A stretch of 59,345 bases of DNA, counting the filler, from Sphacelaria rigidula (Eukaryota): NCBI GenBank assembly GCA_964200075.2. It is 4 parts of 4 records of this genome, joined end to end, with 100 filler letters (N's around TTAATTAATTAA, not from the genome) between each part and the next. Parts side by side here need not be neighbours in the genome. Positions count along the whole stretch, not along the records: positions 1 to 14,766 come from CAXNAA020002060.1; positions 14,867 to 29,627 come from CAXNAA020002061.1; 2 more parts are not named here. One strand, written 5' to 3'. The notes below the pieces were generated by a model. The model did not search any database and was not told where the DNA came from. It was given only the letters and a program-made list of their open reading frames with translations. Every line of letters starts with the position of its first letter. The first letter of the stretch is position 1. This document shows positions 13,001 through 23,268 of this stretch, one piece after another. The position numbers and the translations under genes are program-made.

Positions 13001-14766
13001 TATATATGTATATATCATCCGTCTTCCCAACCCCATGCATCACCCACCTCCCGCCGCACCGCGCCGATCCTGTACCGAAATGTGCATCCCTCATGCGATA
13101 ACAACAGAGTGGGCAATGAATACGGTTCTGAGGAGACGTGTTCACGCGGCATTGGAGCCAGGCTCGCCGCAACTCTCGGATGGGACAACATGCTATCCAT
13201 GTGGACCAGGATCCGACTCATGTTGACTTCGGTGACGAGGTGTAGGCGGCTCGCATAGGAGACAGGGGTCATGTGATTCAGAACTGTTGGTGAGTTCCGG
13301 TGGGGTGAAAATCCAAAACAACAGTTGCGGTAGGCTGCTCTGAAAATGAATGTAAATAGTCAGTAATCCGGGTTGTGCACATTTCGATGAGTGTACAGCA
13401 CTCCTATATTTTCCCATTCCGCCTCTTTGCGGTTGTGTTTCTTCTGTGCACACGAGCCTTGACCATGTTCCTGAGGTAAGTAGCTGCCTACGTCGTTGAG
13501 GAAGCCTGCCCTCTTTCTTGGCGAAGAGGCTGAATCAACTCATGGACATTGGTTCAAAAAGCAGACCTATAGCAGTCATTTATCTCCAAACGATGCTCAT
13601 ATGTGACAGTTGTTGTTCACTTGTGGTGCTCGCGAGGTTGTGTTTGTTTGTCTTACGGTATTTCGACTCGACTTGGGCGTCCGAAGCAAGATTTTATGGA
13701 CATATACTGCATGGTAGGCCGCGCCTTGCTACGATCACAGCAAATCGCAAATCAGCTTTCGCATGTGGGTAATTTGAACAAATGAAGCTTCCTATCGCGA
13801 ATAGTGCTCGACGCTTCATGTTCAGTTACGTTGCGTGTCCCGTCGCCGCACCATGTGATTACTCGCGCCCCGCGTTTCATCGAGCGAGAAAGGCGGCGTC
13901 GCCAACGGCATGAGCGCATTCAGCATGCCATCTGGCACAATGCTGTGATGATACACTTACCGTAGCCGTTTATGGTAGCCACGCAGTTGGGGACATGCGC
14001 ACACTAAAGTATTTGTTTTTCACGTATCGTTCGTCCGATGAGGTGCACCGCGGGTGCGAGTTCGCATCTTGTGCTACGCAGCTTCTGTCGGCATTAGCTT
14101 TACATGTACTGCTGGTCACCTCCTGCCCAGCACACACACGCGACCTTGTCGAAAAAAACTGAGCTTCGCAAATTTCGACACGTGCTATCAGGGGGAACGT
14201 GTTTTATATGGTCTAACAAGGATATACCAGCACTGCTCCTTGGCTCCTTGGGACTGCGCGTGTGTCCGCCCCTCGACGTTTGTAGCGCGTGGTGCTAGCA
14301 AAGCAATATTTTGCCGACCACCTGTCTACACTTGTACTGACCGCATATTTGTGTAAAAAGCGTGGGCATTAATAGTTATATGTATGTGTGTCTTGACATT
14401 GGCATGCTAGATGACGTCGCCATCAGTAGTGTTGCTGACATTTCACCGTTATTGCTGATGTTCTTTCCACAATAACCTTACGTTAAGAATGCTACGTACG
14501 GTTTCCTTGCCGTCCCACGCTCGTGGCCTGTCGGTGATCTCAGTGTCTTGCACGGCAGGGTCCTGTCGGTGTCCTCGTTGTTGGTGCCGTACTCATCGCT
14601 GTGGGATTTCGTGTACAAGACGCCGTGGGCTATTCACATCGATGAGGACCTAGAGCCGAAGCTCTCGAGAGCAGGGCAGCGCGTGTACTGCGCCAAGTTG
14701 ATAGGGGGGTTTAGTGGGAGCATCCCCCACACTGCCTTGAGCCATCGCTCGAGGCGCCTTCCCCAC

Positions 14767-14866
14767 NNNNNNNNNNNNNNNNNNNNNNNNNNNNNNNNNN
14801 NNNNNNNNNNTTAATTAATTAANNNNNNNNNNNNNNNNNNNNNNNNNNNNNNNNNNNNNNNNNNNN
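14767..14866. other. Artificial contig linker (44N-TTAATTAATTAA-44N)
   Basis: Exactly 100 bp; TTAATTAATTAA puts stops in all six frames; identical linkers at 29628-29727 and 44488-44587. Confidence 0.98.
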
Positions 14867-16990
14867 TACCCTATCACATAATCATCATCCAGCATCCTAC
14901 ATAATAAACGCAATGGCTTGGCACCATTTTGGGCTACAAATTCTAAGAATTAAGCTAAAAAATTGAGATAAGGCCCGAAAGCAGTGTTTATTTCTCCTAA
15001 AAACTGCCCCAAAAAAACGAAAAAAGTAAAAAAGCTGTGTTTTAAAGCTTTATGATGCACTAGCGGTTGTCCATAAGGAAGTTTGTAGCATAACTCTCAA
15101 AAACTGAGACGCGATATCCAGGTTTAGCTAATCTAGCGCATCTGCTCATAATATACTGATTTCAGTATGGAAACTCATGTGCGCCACATCTCGAGATATA
15201 TTACACTTTAGGTGAAGGTGGGAGTATCTGTCGTCTCCCCGTGCTCCAGGGAATGTCCACACCAAAATGCGTCGTCATCCGCTGAATGTAACGATCGGGG
15301 ATTTCATAGAGATTTTAGTATGAACACTATCTCCCTTGCGTATAGGAACTACTTGGCATGGGAATTATTCAACGAGAAACTATGGGCCCAATATTTTCAG
15401 CAGACGGGCACCTTCCCCTTGGTCAGACGATTAATACATTATGCGGATTATGGCACAACTCGTCCGTGTCGACGAGATATTGCTTTGAGAGCTTGAATCC
15501 GTGTCTAGGCTGGCCCAGCTCGCACCTGCATCTCTCATCTGGTTGAAGAAAAGCCGCCGCATTTTAGTGTGTTTAAAGACTCTGATTGATCGAGAAACTT
15601 TGCAACTCATAAATCTTGCCCCCATCTGTCGGCCCAGTGCCTATTTTTATGTGTCATTTTCATCATTGTCGAGGTGCAGTGTTACTCTTCTTCACGCAAC
15701 TCGGTTGCCCGCCCTACTACGCAGTTCTGTCCCTGATGCCCACCATGAGAGAAGATGCGCATATTTTCGCCAACAAAAAATAAACAAGGCACACTCAACT
15801 ACTGTATTGTATGTATCCCTGTGCTCAACTCGTGCTCCATGCTGCAGGGTTGCGGTGGTAGCTGAGAACGAGTTGGATGGAGTTTGCATTGTCCTGTGAA
15901 CCAGGGGCGTCGAGAAAAAAATCCTAGATCCACACTACTCCCCCCCTCCCCCCCCCACTGCTTTGCCGGCGGTATGATATCAGCCGCGAGGTGTACGTGG
16001 GGCCGACACTGCCCCCATCCGCGCTGCCCGACGGACACTACGCCGGGAGGATTGCTGGTTCGGGGTCCGGGAGAGACGGACGGAAAGATCATGACGGGTG
16101 TCACACAGACTTCCGGCTACAAGCTGGAGGTAGGAACAGCGCTGCATGGCAGGCGATAGAGACACTGTCCCCCCGCAGTCCTCCTTTCCCTCGCCCTTTA
16201 CCGCAGTGTGCGTCCTGATATGTACGCGAGTGTCTCATGATTTGAAGGGATGTCAGGGGTGCACGAAAACAAAATCCCGCGCACCTGTGTACCCCCGCCC
16301 CTAACCCCCCGTTTTGGCGAAAACAATGTTTGATCCTTATTCTTTTCCCCCCAAATTAGTAGTAGGTAGTAGGTAGTAGGTGGTTGTAGTCGCAGACAAT
16401 CCTCGGACATGACCACTCCCGGCGGGAACCTTGGACAAACGTAATGCTAATCCCCTCTTATCAAGGGGTCCCCACCCCCGTCAATGGTCAGACGACTAAG
16501 GCAAGCAACACATGAGAACGCCCCCCCCCTCCCCCAACGCTGCGTCATTTTGAATGGGACTTAGTATAGCATCGGTTTATATGGGTGTTTGTAAAGCCTT
16601 TTGAGGGGGGGGGGGGGGGGGGGATGGTTTTGGTCCAAGTAAAAAAAATGAGAGTTGGGGGGGGGGGTTTTTTTTTTGTGTCCCGCTGGGGGTTTAGTTT
16701 TCATTTTTACTAAGTAGTATCGAAACGTTCCTTTCTCCCGCTTTACCGTACTTTGTGAATAAAGAACAAAATCGGGGCCATTTATGGGCGCGTGCATATC
16801 GCGATGTCCCGGGGACACGCGGGTTCGGGAACAACTACACATCGTGGTTTTGAGACCCCTGTCTGAGCGCTGATTCCAACCACCGCCCCTCCTCCGTATC
16901 CCAAACTGACTTTCTCATGTTCGTTGCCGCCGGCCGTCTCTCTACCTTGTCCACTGTCGATTTCGGTCGCAGCGTTCGACATGCAATCAG

Positions 16991-17671
16991 ATGAACGAGC
17001 TGTTCCTCATCACGAAGCCCGGCCAGCAGAAAATCGTAAACCCTGAAATTCCCTTGTGGGGAAAGTACAGGGTATACAACACGCCTAGAGAGGCTATAGA
17101 TTCGATATATCAAGAAATCCTGGATCAGCAATGTATCCGCCTGGTACTGGTCGCATCCAACAGACAACTCAGGCGCCTCGTAGAACCCGGCAGGGAAGCC
17201 TGCTAGCCGGAAGCGGCACTGTACTTGGAGGTCTCAGACACCTGCCCATTCTACCATTTGGAATGGGATACGGGCGGGGAGGGGTTTGTGATGGGGATAA
17301 GGTCGAAAGTACCACACAACGGCCCCAGAGACTCGTACATTACCGCTGCGATAGGCAGCGCAGATGGTACGCAGCACGCTGTAATAGTCAGTGTGCAAGA
17401 GAGTGGAGAGAGGAAAGGAAGGCTCACCGCGAAGCAACCTATCGCGGTCACTCCCGAGGATCTGGTCGTAGGTGGGCCAAGATTTGAGCGACGGTGGCTG
17501 AGGGTACGACGCGACACGGGTCGAGAGGGGTTGGAGGACGAGGTAGCCCCCGATGATGGCCATGACGACTGTGGTACTGGAAGGGATGGCGATGGTGATG
17601 ATGGTGATGATTGCAATAGCAGTAGTGATGACGCTGGAGTCTCGAGTTGCAGTGGCGCAGTTGGAAAGTGA
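16991..17671 (+). pseudogene. Coding-like segment with a single in-frame stop, possible transposase remnant
   Basis: ORFs 16991-17206 and 17225-17671 share a frame and are separated only by TAG at 17204-17206; preceded by an AATCAG acceptor-like site; acidic C-terminal tail. Confidence 0.4.
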
Positions 17672-18773
17672 AAACATGCAGGTCGGGATGTGGACGCGAA
17701 CGTACAGTTCAGGGCGGGATCGAGATGCCGTCATGTAGCATGGATGGGGTGTTGCGATGGGGTGTATGACGGGACCATACGGAGCGGTTTTGGGGCGGAT
17801 GCCAACGATTTTTCTTTCGAATGAGACATTGCTGGATCATACACGCTCAAACCTGGTTGGAAAGCTCGACCGGTATTTGCAGTACGGTGCATTCGTTCAA
17901 TCTATTATTCAAGTTGTGCATCGACCGTCGAAGAAGGAGATCAGTGATGCTGTTTCATGTGCCCTTCTTCAGGACAGTGGGCACCCAATCATCCGCTCGG
18001 CACATCACTGCGTTGGCAGTGATATTCCCCCAGCACGTCAGTGACGAGCAACTTGACGCCTGAGATTTTCTTCTGGATATGGGCCTCGAGACAAAAAAAA
18101 GCGAGAACATCGTTGGCAATCAAACAAACGTTGTCATGGTCCGTCGCCCGCAGCTAACCAGGGATGGGCGGCACGACGTCGCCACAACTGCCGCTCCATC
18201 CGCTCGGCGACGAGCATTTCCCTACCAGACTTCTGTTGAGGCTGTTCAGGAACCGCCCCCGTGCAGAACAACTAACAGGGGATTTTATGAAATGAGGTTG
18301 ATCAATGAAGTGAGGTTTGAAGACCCTAGCCGTTGAATGACAAAAAGACCTCAGGAGTGCCGCACGACAGCGCTGATGTGCAATTTTGAGGGGGAGCGGC
18401 AGTTGTGGCGGCAGCAGTAGCTGCAGTAACGCCGGTGGTCTCCACCGTGGCCTTGGCGGCAGCGTCAGTGGATATTGAGTTCTCCATTGTTGATAGCTGT
18501 CGCTCGAGGTCTGTCAATTGCTGTTGAAGAGAACAAATAATCGCAGCGTCAGAGGGGGACGGTGGGTCGCGGTCATTGCGGGGTCGTCGGTTCTGCGATG
18601 AAGTACGGCCGGACCCCTCAATAATTGAGGATTCTAGAGCCGGTAACATGTCCGAAAATATGTTTTGGATATCGTCAGCTTGTACAGTGTTATCATTGCG
18701 TAAATGACGGCGCGTGACAGATGCGGAGAAGGAGGAGTGCGCGCGATTGCATGATCGGTTTTCTTCGACCGCG

Positions 18774-19151
18774 GAGTCATGCTACGATAGGGCAGGGGTA
18801 TTTTCCGCCGTTTTCTTCAACGAAATTCCACGTGAAATCGTCGTTAACAGCAGCAACGGTTGTTCGAACGCGCTTGCTTCTGGGAAATAACGCTCATTCA
18901 TACTACTTGACATCGCTTATACCCAAATACAAGCGCACAGCGAGGGTGCTAGGTCGTCTGAAACATTCATGAACCCATTTTTTCGTAGAATCAAACCCAC
19001 CCAACCCCCCCCCCCCCCCCCCCTCAACCTACACAAACACCGACCGGACAGGGAACCCAAATAACGNNNNNNNNNNTCGTCTGAAACCTTCATGCACCCA
19101 TTTTTTCGTACAATCAACCCCCCCCCCCCCCCCCCTATCGTAGCATGAATC
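18774..19151. mobile_element. MITE with GA(G/T)TCATGCTACGATAGGG TIRs (contains a 10-N gap)
   Basis: Left GAGTCATGCTACGATAGGG; right end reverse complement GATTCATGCTACGATAGGG; flanked by CGCG on both sides (18770-18773, 19152-19155). A related copy starts at 29490. Confidence 0.85.
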
Positions 19152-19383
19152 CGCGAGTGAACGCGCGATGGACGTGATCTGTGCCGCGAATCATCCTCGT
19201 GAGTACGGTCACGGTTGGCATTCACCGGGCGCTTCGGAGCGCGCGATGAGTTGAAGCTGTGTCGTGAACTACCGTCATATGTACGACCATGAGCGACATT
19301 CTTTAGACGTGTGAAAATGCGCGATGAATTCAAGCTTTGCTGGGAGTTATCCTTGGAACTGCCAGCACGGGTGACGTGATCGT

Positions 19384-19610
19384 TGTAATTCGTGAGAGGA
19401 CCGCGTGCTTAGAGGGCCGCATCGTAGTGCAAAACTCCTCAGGATCGACGTTATTCAAAACCAATCGGGCCAGTCCCTGCAGGTACCACGCCCCTGACCA
19501 TAGATAACCCTAACACTAACCCTGACACTCACCCTAACACTAACCCTAACCAAAGGAATGTTCAAATTCTGATTCGGTTATCTAACCACGCGGTCCTCTC
19601 ACGCATTACA
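19384..19610. mobile_element. 227-bp MITE-like element with 30-bp TIRs (TGTAAT...ATTACA), 5-bp TSD and internal telomere-like repeats
   Basis: TGTAATTCGTGAGAGGACCGCGTGCTTAGA vs reverse complement of right end TGTAATGCGTGAGAGGACCGCGTGGTTAGA; TSD ATCGT/GTCGT; internal AACCCTAACACTAACCCTGACACTCACCCTAACACTAACCCTAACC. Confidence 0.9.
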
Positions 19611-22254
19611 GTCGTGACCAACTGTCGGTGTGCGGCGCCGGTCAGGAGCGCGAGCAAGACTTAGGTTTGACGTCGAGGAGGGCCTGGACTCGTGTTCGTT
19701 GATTCTTTCATGAGTGACGAACGGAGGACGCGATGTCGCCGATCGGGGCGCCAAATGCACGGGTGTGGGCGTGATAGGTGCAGAATTATCATTGAATTGC
19801 ACGTGAGCAGACGCCGACTGGTCTTGGAGCGTGGCCTGGCAAAAAGCCGTAAATGCCTCGATGAGAGCTGAGGCTGGCGAGTGCGCCGACACCGATGAAG
19901 TGCGATGCGTATTCTGCAGGGCAGAGTACATGGCCGCGACTGCTGGTTCGATATTAGACTGCGCAACAGGGCGCACGGGACTGCCGAGAGTGCGATGGGG
20001 ATCCGTAACGGCAGCAGCCCGCGTGACAGAATCTCTTGCTCCAGAAGCGGTACGCTTTGTCGGGACTGAGTCGTCTCGAGAGTTGTCAACCGTCATGCGA
20101 TGGGGTGCCACGGTTGAAGCAACCGTTACAGGGCCAAGCTGGACACGTGTGTCCAGGGGCAACGACTCAGCTGGGGGCACAATCCTGACTTCGGATTCCA
20201 CATCGGGATTCGGAAGAACAGGCCGCAGCGAGGGGAGTGCTACGGAATCCACCGTTATGGGTTCATTGACATGTCCGTCAGGAGCCAATGACTCAGCCGG
20301 TGGCACAAGCCTGTTTTCTGAGTCCGAATCGGTACGTGAGAGAATAGGTCGCGGCGTCATGGTTTTTTCTTCAAGCCTCGAAGAACGAGCATCACTCGAA
20401 GGTTGGTCTTGAGATCCCGGAGATCGAACAGCGCTCGCGTACGTGCGTCGAAGAGTTCAAGGTGACGTGGCACTCATATCAAAAGATTTCGAACCGCCGG
20501 TGGTGTGACTTCGTGTCCGACGAAGCGATTGGTTTCCCAATGGAGGGGAAGAGCCAGCGTTATATCTGTGCGACATGATAGTCGTACGCAACTTGTGTGC
20601 TTAAAACGTCAGGAGCAGTGTGTCTGGTCGTCGGGCTCTAATTAAAGGAGCGTGACACCAAGAAATGCTAAGTGCAACGGCCGAAGCTTGTATCCGGAAA
20701 TACGGGATAATGAAGCCTAATAGCGCCTGAAGGGGCCTTGGTAACCTGATGAACTCGAGTATCATTATTGAAGAAAATTGCTGTATGTAACAACAATGTC
20801 GGAGCTCTGGTCAATACAACTATTCACGTTGTGGCGGTAATAGCCATCAACAGAAGTGGGGGTTGCGCACAGGACAGACGTATGGCGTCGAAAGAGGCGA
20901 AAGTCCAGTTGTCTGTAGCAGCCTTGGTACATAAAAGTAGTAAAATTCACGCGTGTTTCGGTTGTGGCGTCAAAGGCAGACTTTAACTGTGTTATCCCGG
21001 CACAAGCTTAGAAACGACTGGCGGTTTTCAATGAAAAGTATTCATGAGCACCGAAAGGTCGTGCGGCGTAGGGCAGCACAAAAGCTTCTACAAAGCTTGG
21101 GATGTAAAAGTAAGATCAGACTGCGTAGTCAGGGCGAGAGCTTGTTACACAACGGAGTTGGGACAGCGTACGTATGTCAAACAAAATTGAAGTTGTGCGC
21201 AGCAGAGGCAACGCCGAGGGTGGGTGCCAAAAAAAGTAGTGCGCAGGCAAGGGGCGCTGGTTTCGAGTGCCGTCTGCTCCAAGTGAGCACGTAACGTAGG
21301 TCTGGAATGTTACAAAAGAGGATTATCGCGACGAAACTGTCTCGGAACAAGTAACTATTATTTGTCCGAGAGGGGGTCAATGAGAAAACCCTCACAGTCC
21401 GTCGGGCTGTGTATTGTTACTTACCACGGAGATGTACAGCGCTGTTTTACAGATATGCGAAGTACACCAGAAGAGAACAACAATACAAAGTAGCTACGAG
21501 TGACGTAGATCGCGACGCGGCGAAAGTTCCGGAACAGGTACAAATCTTGTGTACAGATGGCTGGGTCACCTGTTTTGGGAGCACGGGTGATTTTACTCAG
21601 CGACCCGTGAACAAAAGATGCAACAGCTGTGTACAACCGATACTGAAATATTGAAGCGGCAGATCGCTGACATGGCGAGGAGCTCAGGTCAGAAACAGCG
21701 GCTGACTATAAGCAACGGTGCACCCTGTGCACTGGTGTCCTGTACAAACCTGTAGTAGAAGACTTGTCCTGCAAGAAGGGAGGGGGCAACAAAGCCAAGT
21801 ACGCAAGGCAGTGCTGGCCGGGCGTGTGACCGTTCTGTAGTAAACGATCAGATATTTGGACCTTGTGCAGGTGTAACACACGCACGACCAGTGCAAGGTG
21901 CAGGTATGTATTTTCACGACATACGCAGCAACACGACAAGGCAGGATTGGTGCGACTCAAGCGTGCCCAAGGAGTATAGTCAAACGCCGCAGCAAGCAGC
22001 AAGCAGAGCAAGCAGAGCAAGCAGTAAGCAGCAAAAGCTGCAAGTCACGAGTACTATGTACGTTGTGGCGCGCAGGTTGAAAGCTTCGCAGTAGCTAACG
22101 ACTGAAAATCTAGGAAACTTGCTAGGTAGGTGCGGCCACGAAAATCCAAAAACCACAAGGTGAAAGAATGCAACAAAACCCACGCACACGCAGTTCGGCA
22201 AGCAGGGATGCAATCGGTGTCTAGAAGGGGAACGCAGTTGCAAAAAGAAGAAGC

Positions 22255-22271
22255 TCCTTAGTCAAACGCCA
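22255..22271 (-). promoter_or_regulatory. Candidate primer-binding site of the minus-strand LTR element
   Basis: On - strand ...CCTTATTACA-TT-TGGCGTTTGACTAAGGA; the complement has tRNA 3'-end geometry (U-CCUUA-GUCAAAC-G-CCA). Cognate tRNA not identified. Confidence 0.55.
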
Positions 22272-22273
22272 AA

Positions 22274-23250
22274 TGTAATAAGGTTTGCGGCGCTGTTATA
22301 GCAGGCACAGGCTTACAGGGCAAAGTGGGCAATCTTTAGATCGCACAGTCCGGCATCAGGTCCTCACACAGCGTGTCACAGGATAAAGTCTCACGCGAAG
22401 TTCTCTCTTCTTTACTATCTGGCCTCTACCTTCCATATCCAATCAACCAATTCAACCTCACGCTCAGTCAATCAGTCTCACCGATGTGAGACTTCTTCGC
22501 TGGAACAGGGTAGAATATGGTAGTGAGATGGTAGGCGCTAGATCTGCAATTGTGCAAATCTAGCCGTCACCATCTCCACCATATACAAGCTCATATTCGT
22601 CCCCGACCAACTCCGAATAGGCCTGCAGTCTTGGGTACCGGAATGTTGTCATGAGGAAGGTAGATAGAGAGGCGTTATCTGTTGCCACAGACAACTTTGG
22701 GCCAGGTTGGCTTACAGATCATTCGATCTGTCCACGGAAATGCTCCCATAGCTCTAGGGAAGGTCGATGTACAACCTACGTTCTGGGAAGATTGGTGTGC
22801 AGACTGGTGCACCCTAGCTGGGGAAGGTTAGTGTACAGACTGGTGCACCCTACCAGGGGAAGAGTCGTGTACAGATTGGTGTGCCCTAATCCCGGGGAGG
22901 CGAAACGCCTTCCCGGCCGAGTTCAAAAATAGGTTGCGCTACCGTGCCTCATGTACACTGGCACACTCTTGAGCTACCCTTCGAGCCGGACCATCTGCTC
23001 CTACTGTTTACCTTTGGTGAGAACAGTGTGCTGGGCGATCAAGGGAATAACCAGTGAGAGTTAAAATATATCAAGCCTTTGAGCTCCCTTTGTTGTTTGC
23101 TACTGTGACCAACAGTCACGTGAACCTGCACGTTTGTATCTACAGCTTGTTTTACTCGGACACGCTGCACTTTGTGCATCTTACAAGCTTGCAGTGCATC
23201 GATCTATCAAGGAAGGTGTGTGGAGCCTGTCCATACCTATCTTTATTACA
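22274..23250. mobile_element. LTR block (one LTR, or two head-to-head LTRs) bounded by TGTAATAA...TTATTACA
   Basis: Canonical TG...CA termini with 8-bp inverted ends; PBS-like motifs immediately outside both ends; internal 3x ~36-bp tandem repeat and a hairpin at 22515-22584. Confidence 0.75.
22783..22889 (+). repeat. 3 x ~36-bp tandem repeat inside the LTR block
   Basis: GGGAAG...GTGT(G/A)CAGA(C/T)TGGTG..CCCTA repeated three times. Confidence 0.9.
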
Positions 23251-23251
23251 C

Positions 23252-23268
23252 TGGCGTCGAGGGTAGGA
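23252..23268 (+). promoter_or_regulatory. Primer-binding site (tRNA-Ser-like) of the plus-strand Gypsy element
   Basis: TTATTACA-C-TGGCGTCGAGGGTAGGA; the complement UCCUACCCUCGACGCCA resembles tRNA-Ser 3' ends (...CGACG-CCA). Confidence 0.75.

Larger units (their letters stand above)
18326..20576 (-). pseudogene. Degenerate gag-like ORF of a minus-strand LTR retrotransposon, interrupted by two MITEs
   Basis: ATG at 20576 (MSHRYNAG...), one in-frame TGA, then ORF 19599-20360. Excising 19384-19610 plus one TSD copy joins it in frame to the 19333 ORF (...TVGHD/HVTRAGSSKDNSQQSLNSSRIF...). Coiled-coil segment SLQQQLTDLERQLSTMENSI near 18500. Lies downstream of an LTR end plus PBS-like motif at 22255-22274. 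The gag identity rests on context, not a motif. Confidence 0.5.

Noticed and set aside
12865..13258. ORFs with MYVC/YIHT repeats
   Set aside because: Translations of the (TATG)n microsatellite.
19505..19552. True telomere
   Set aside because: Short, degenerate and internal to a TIR-bounded insertion in mid-contig.
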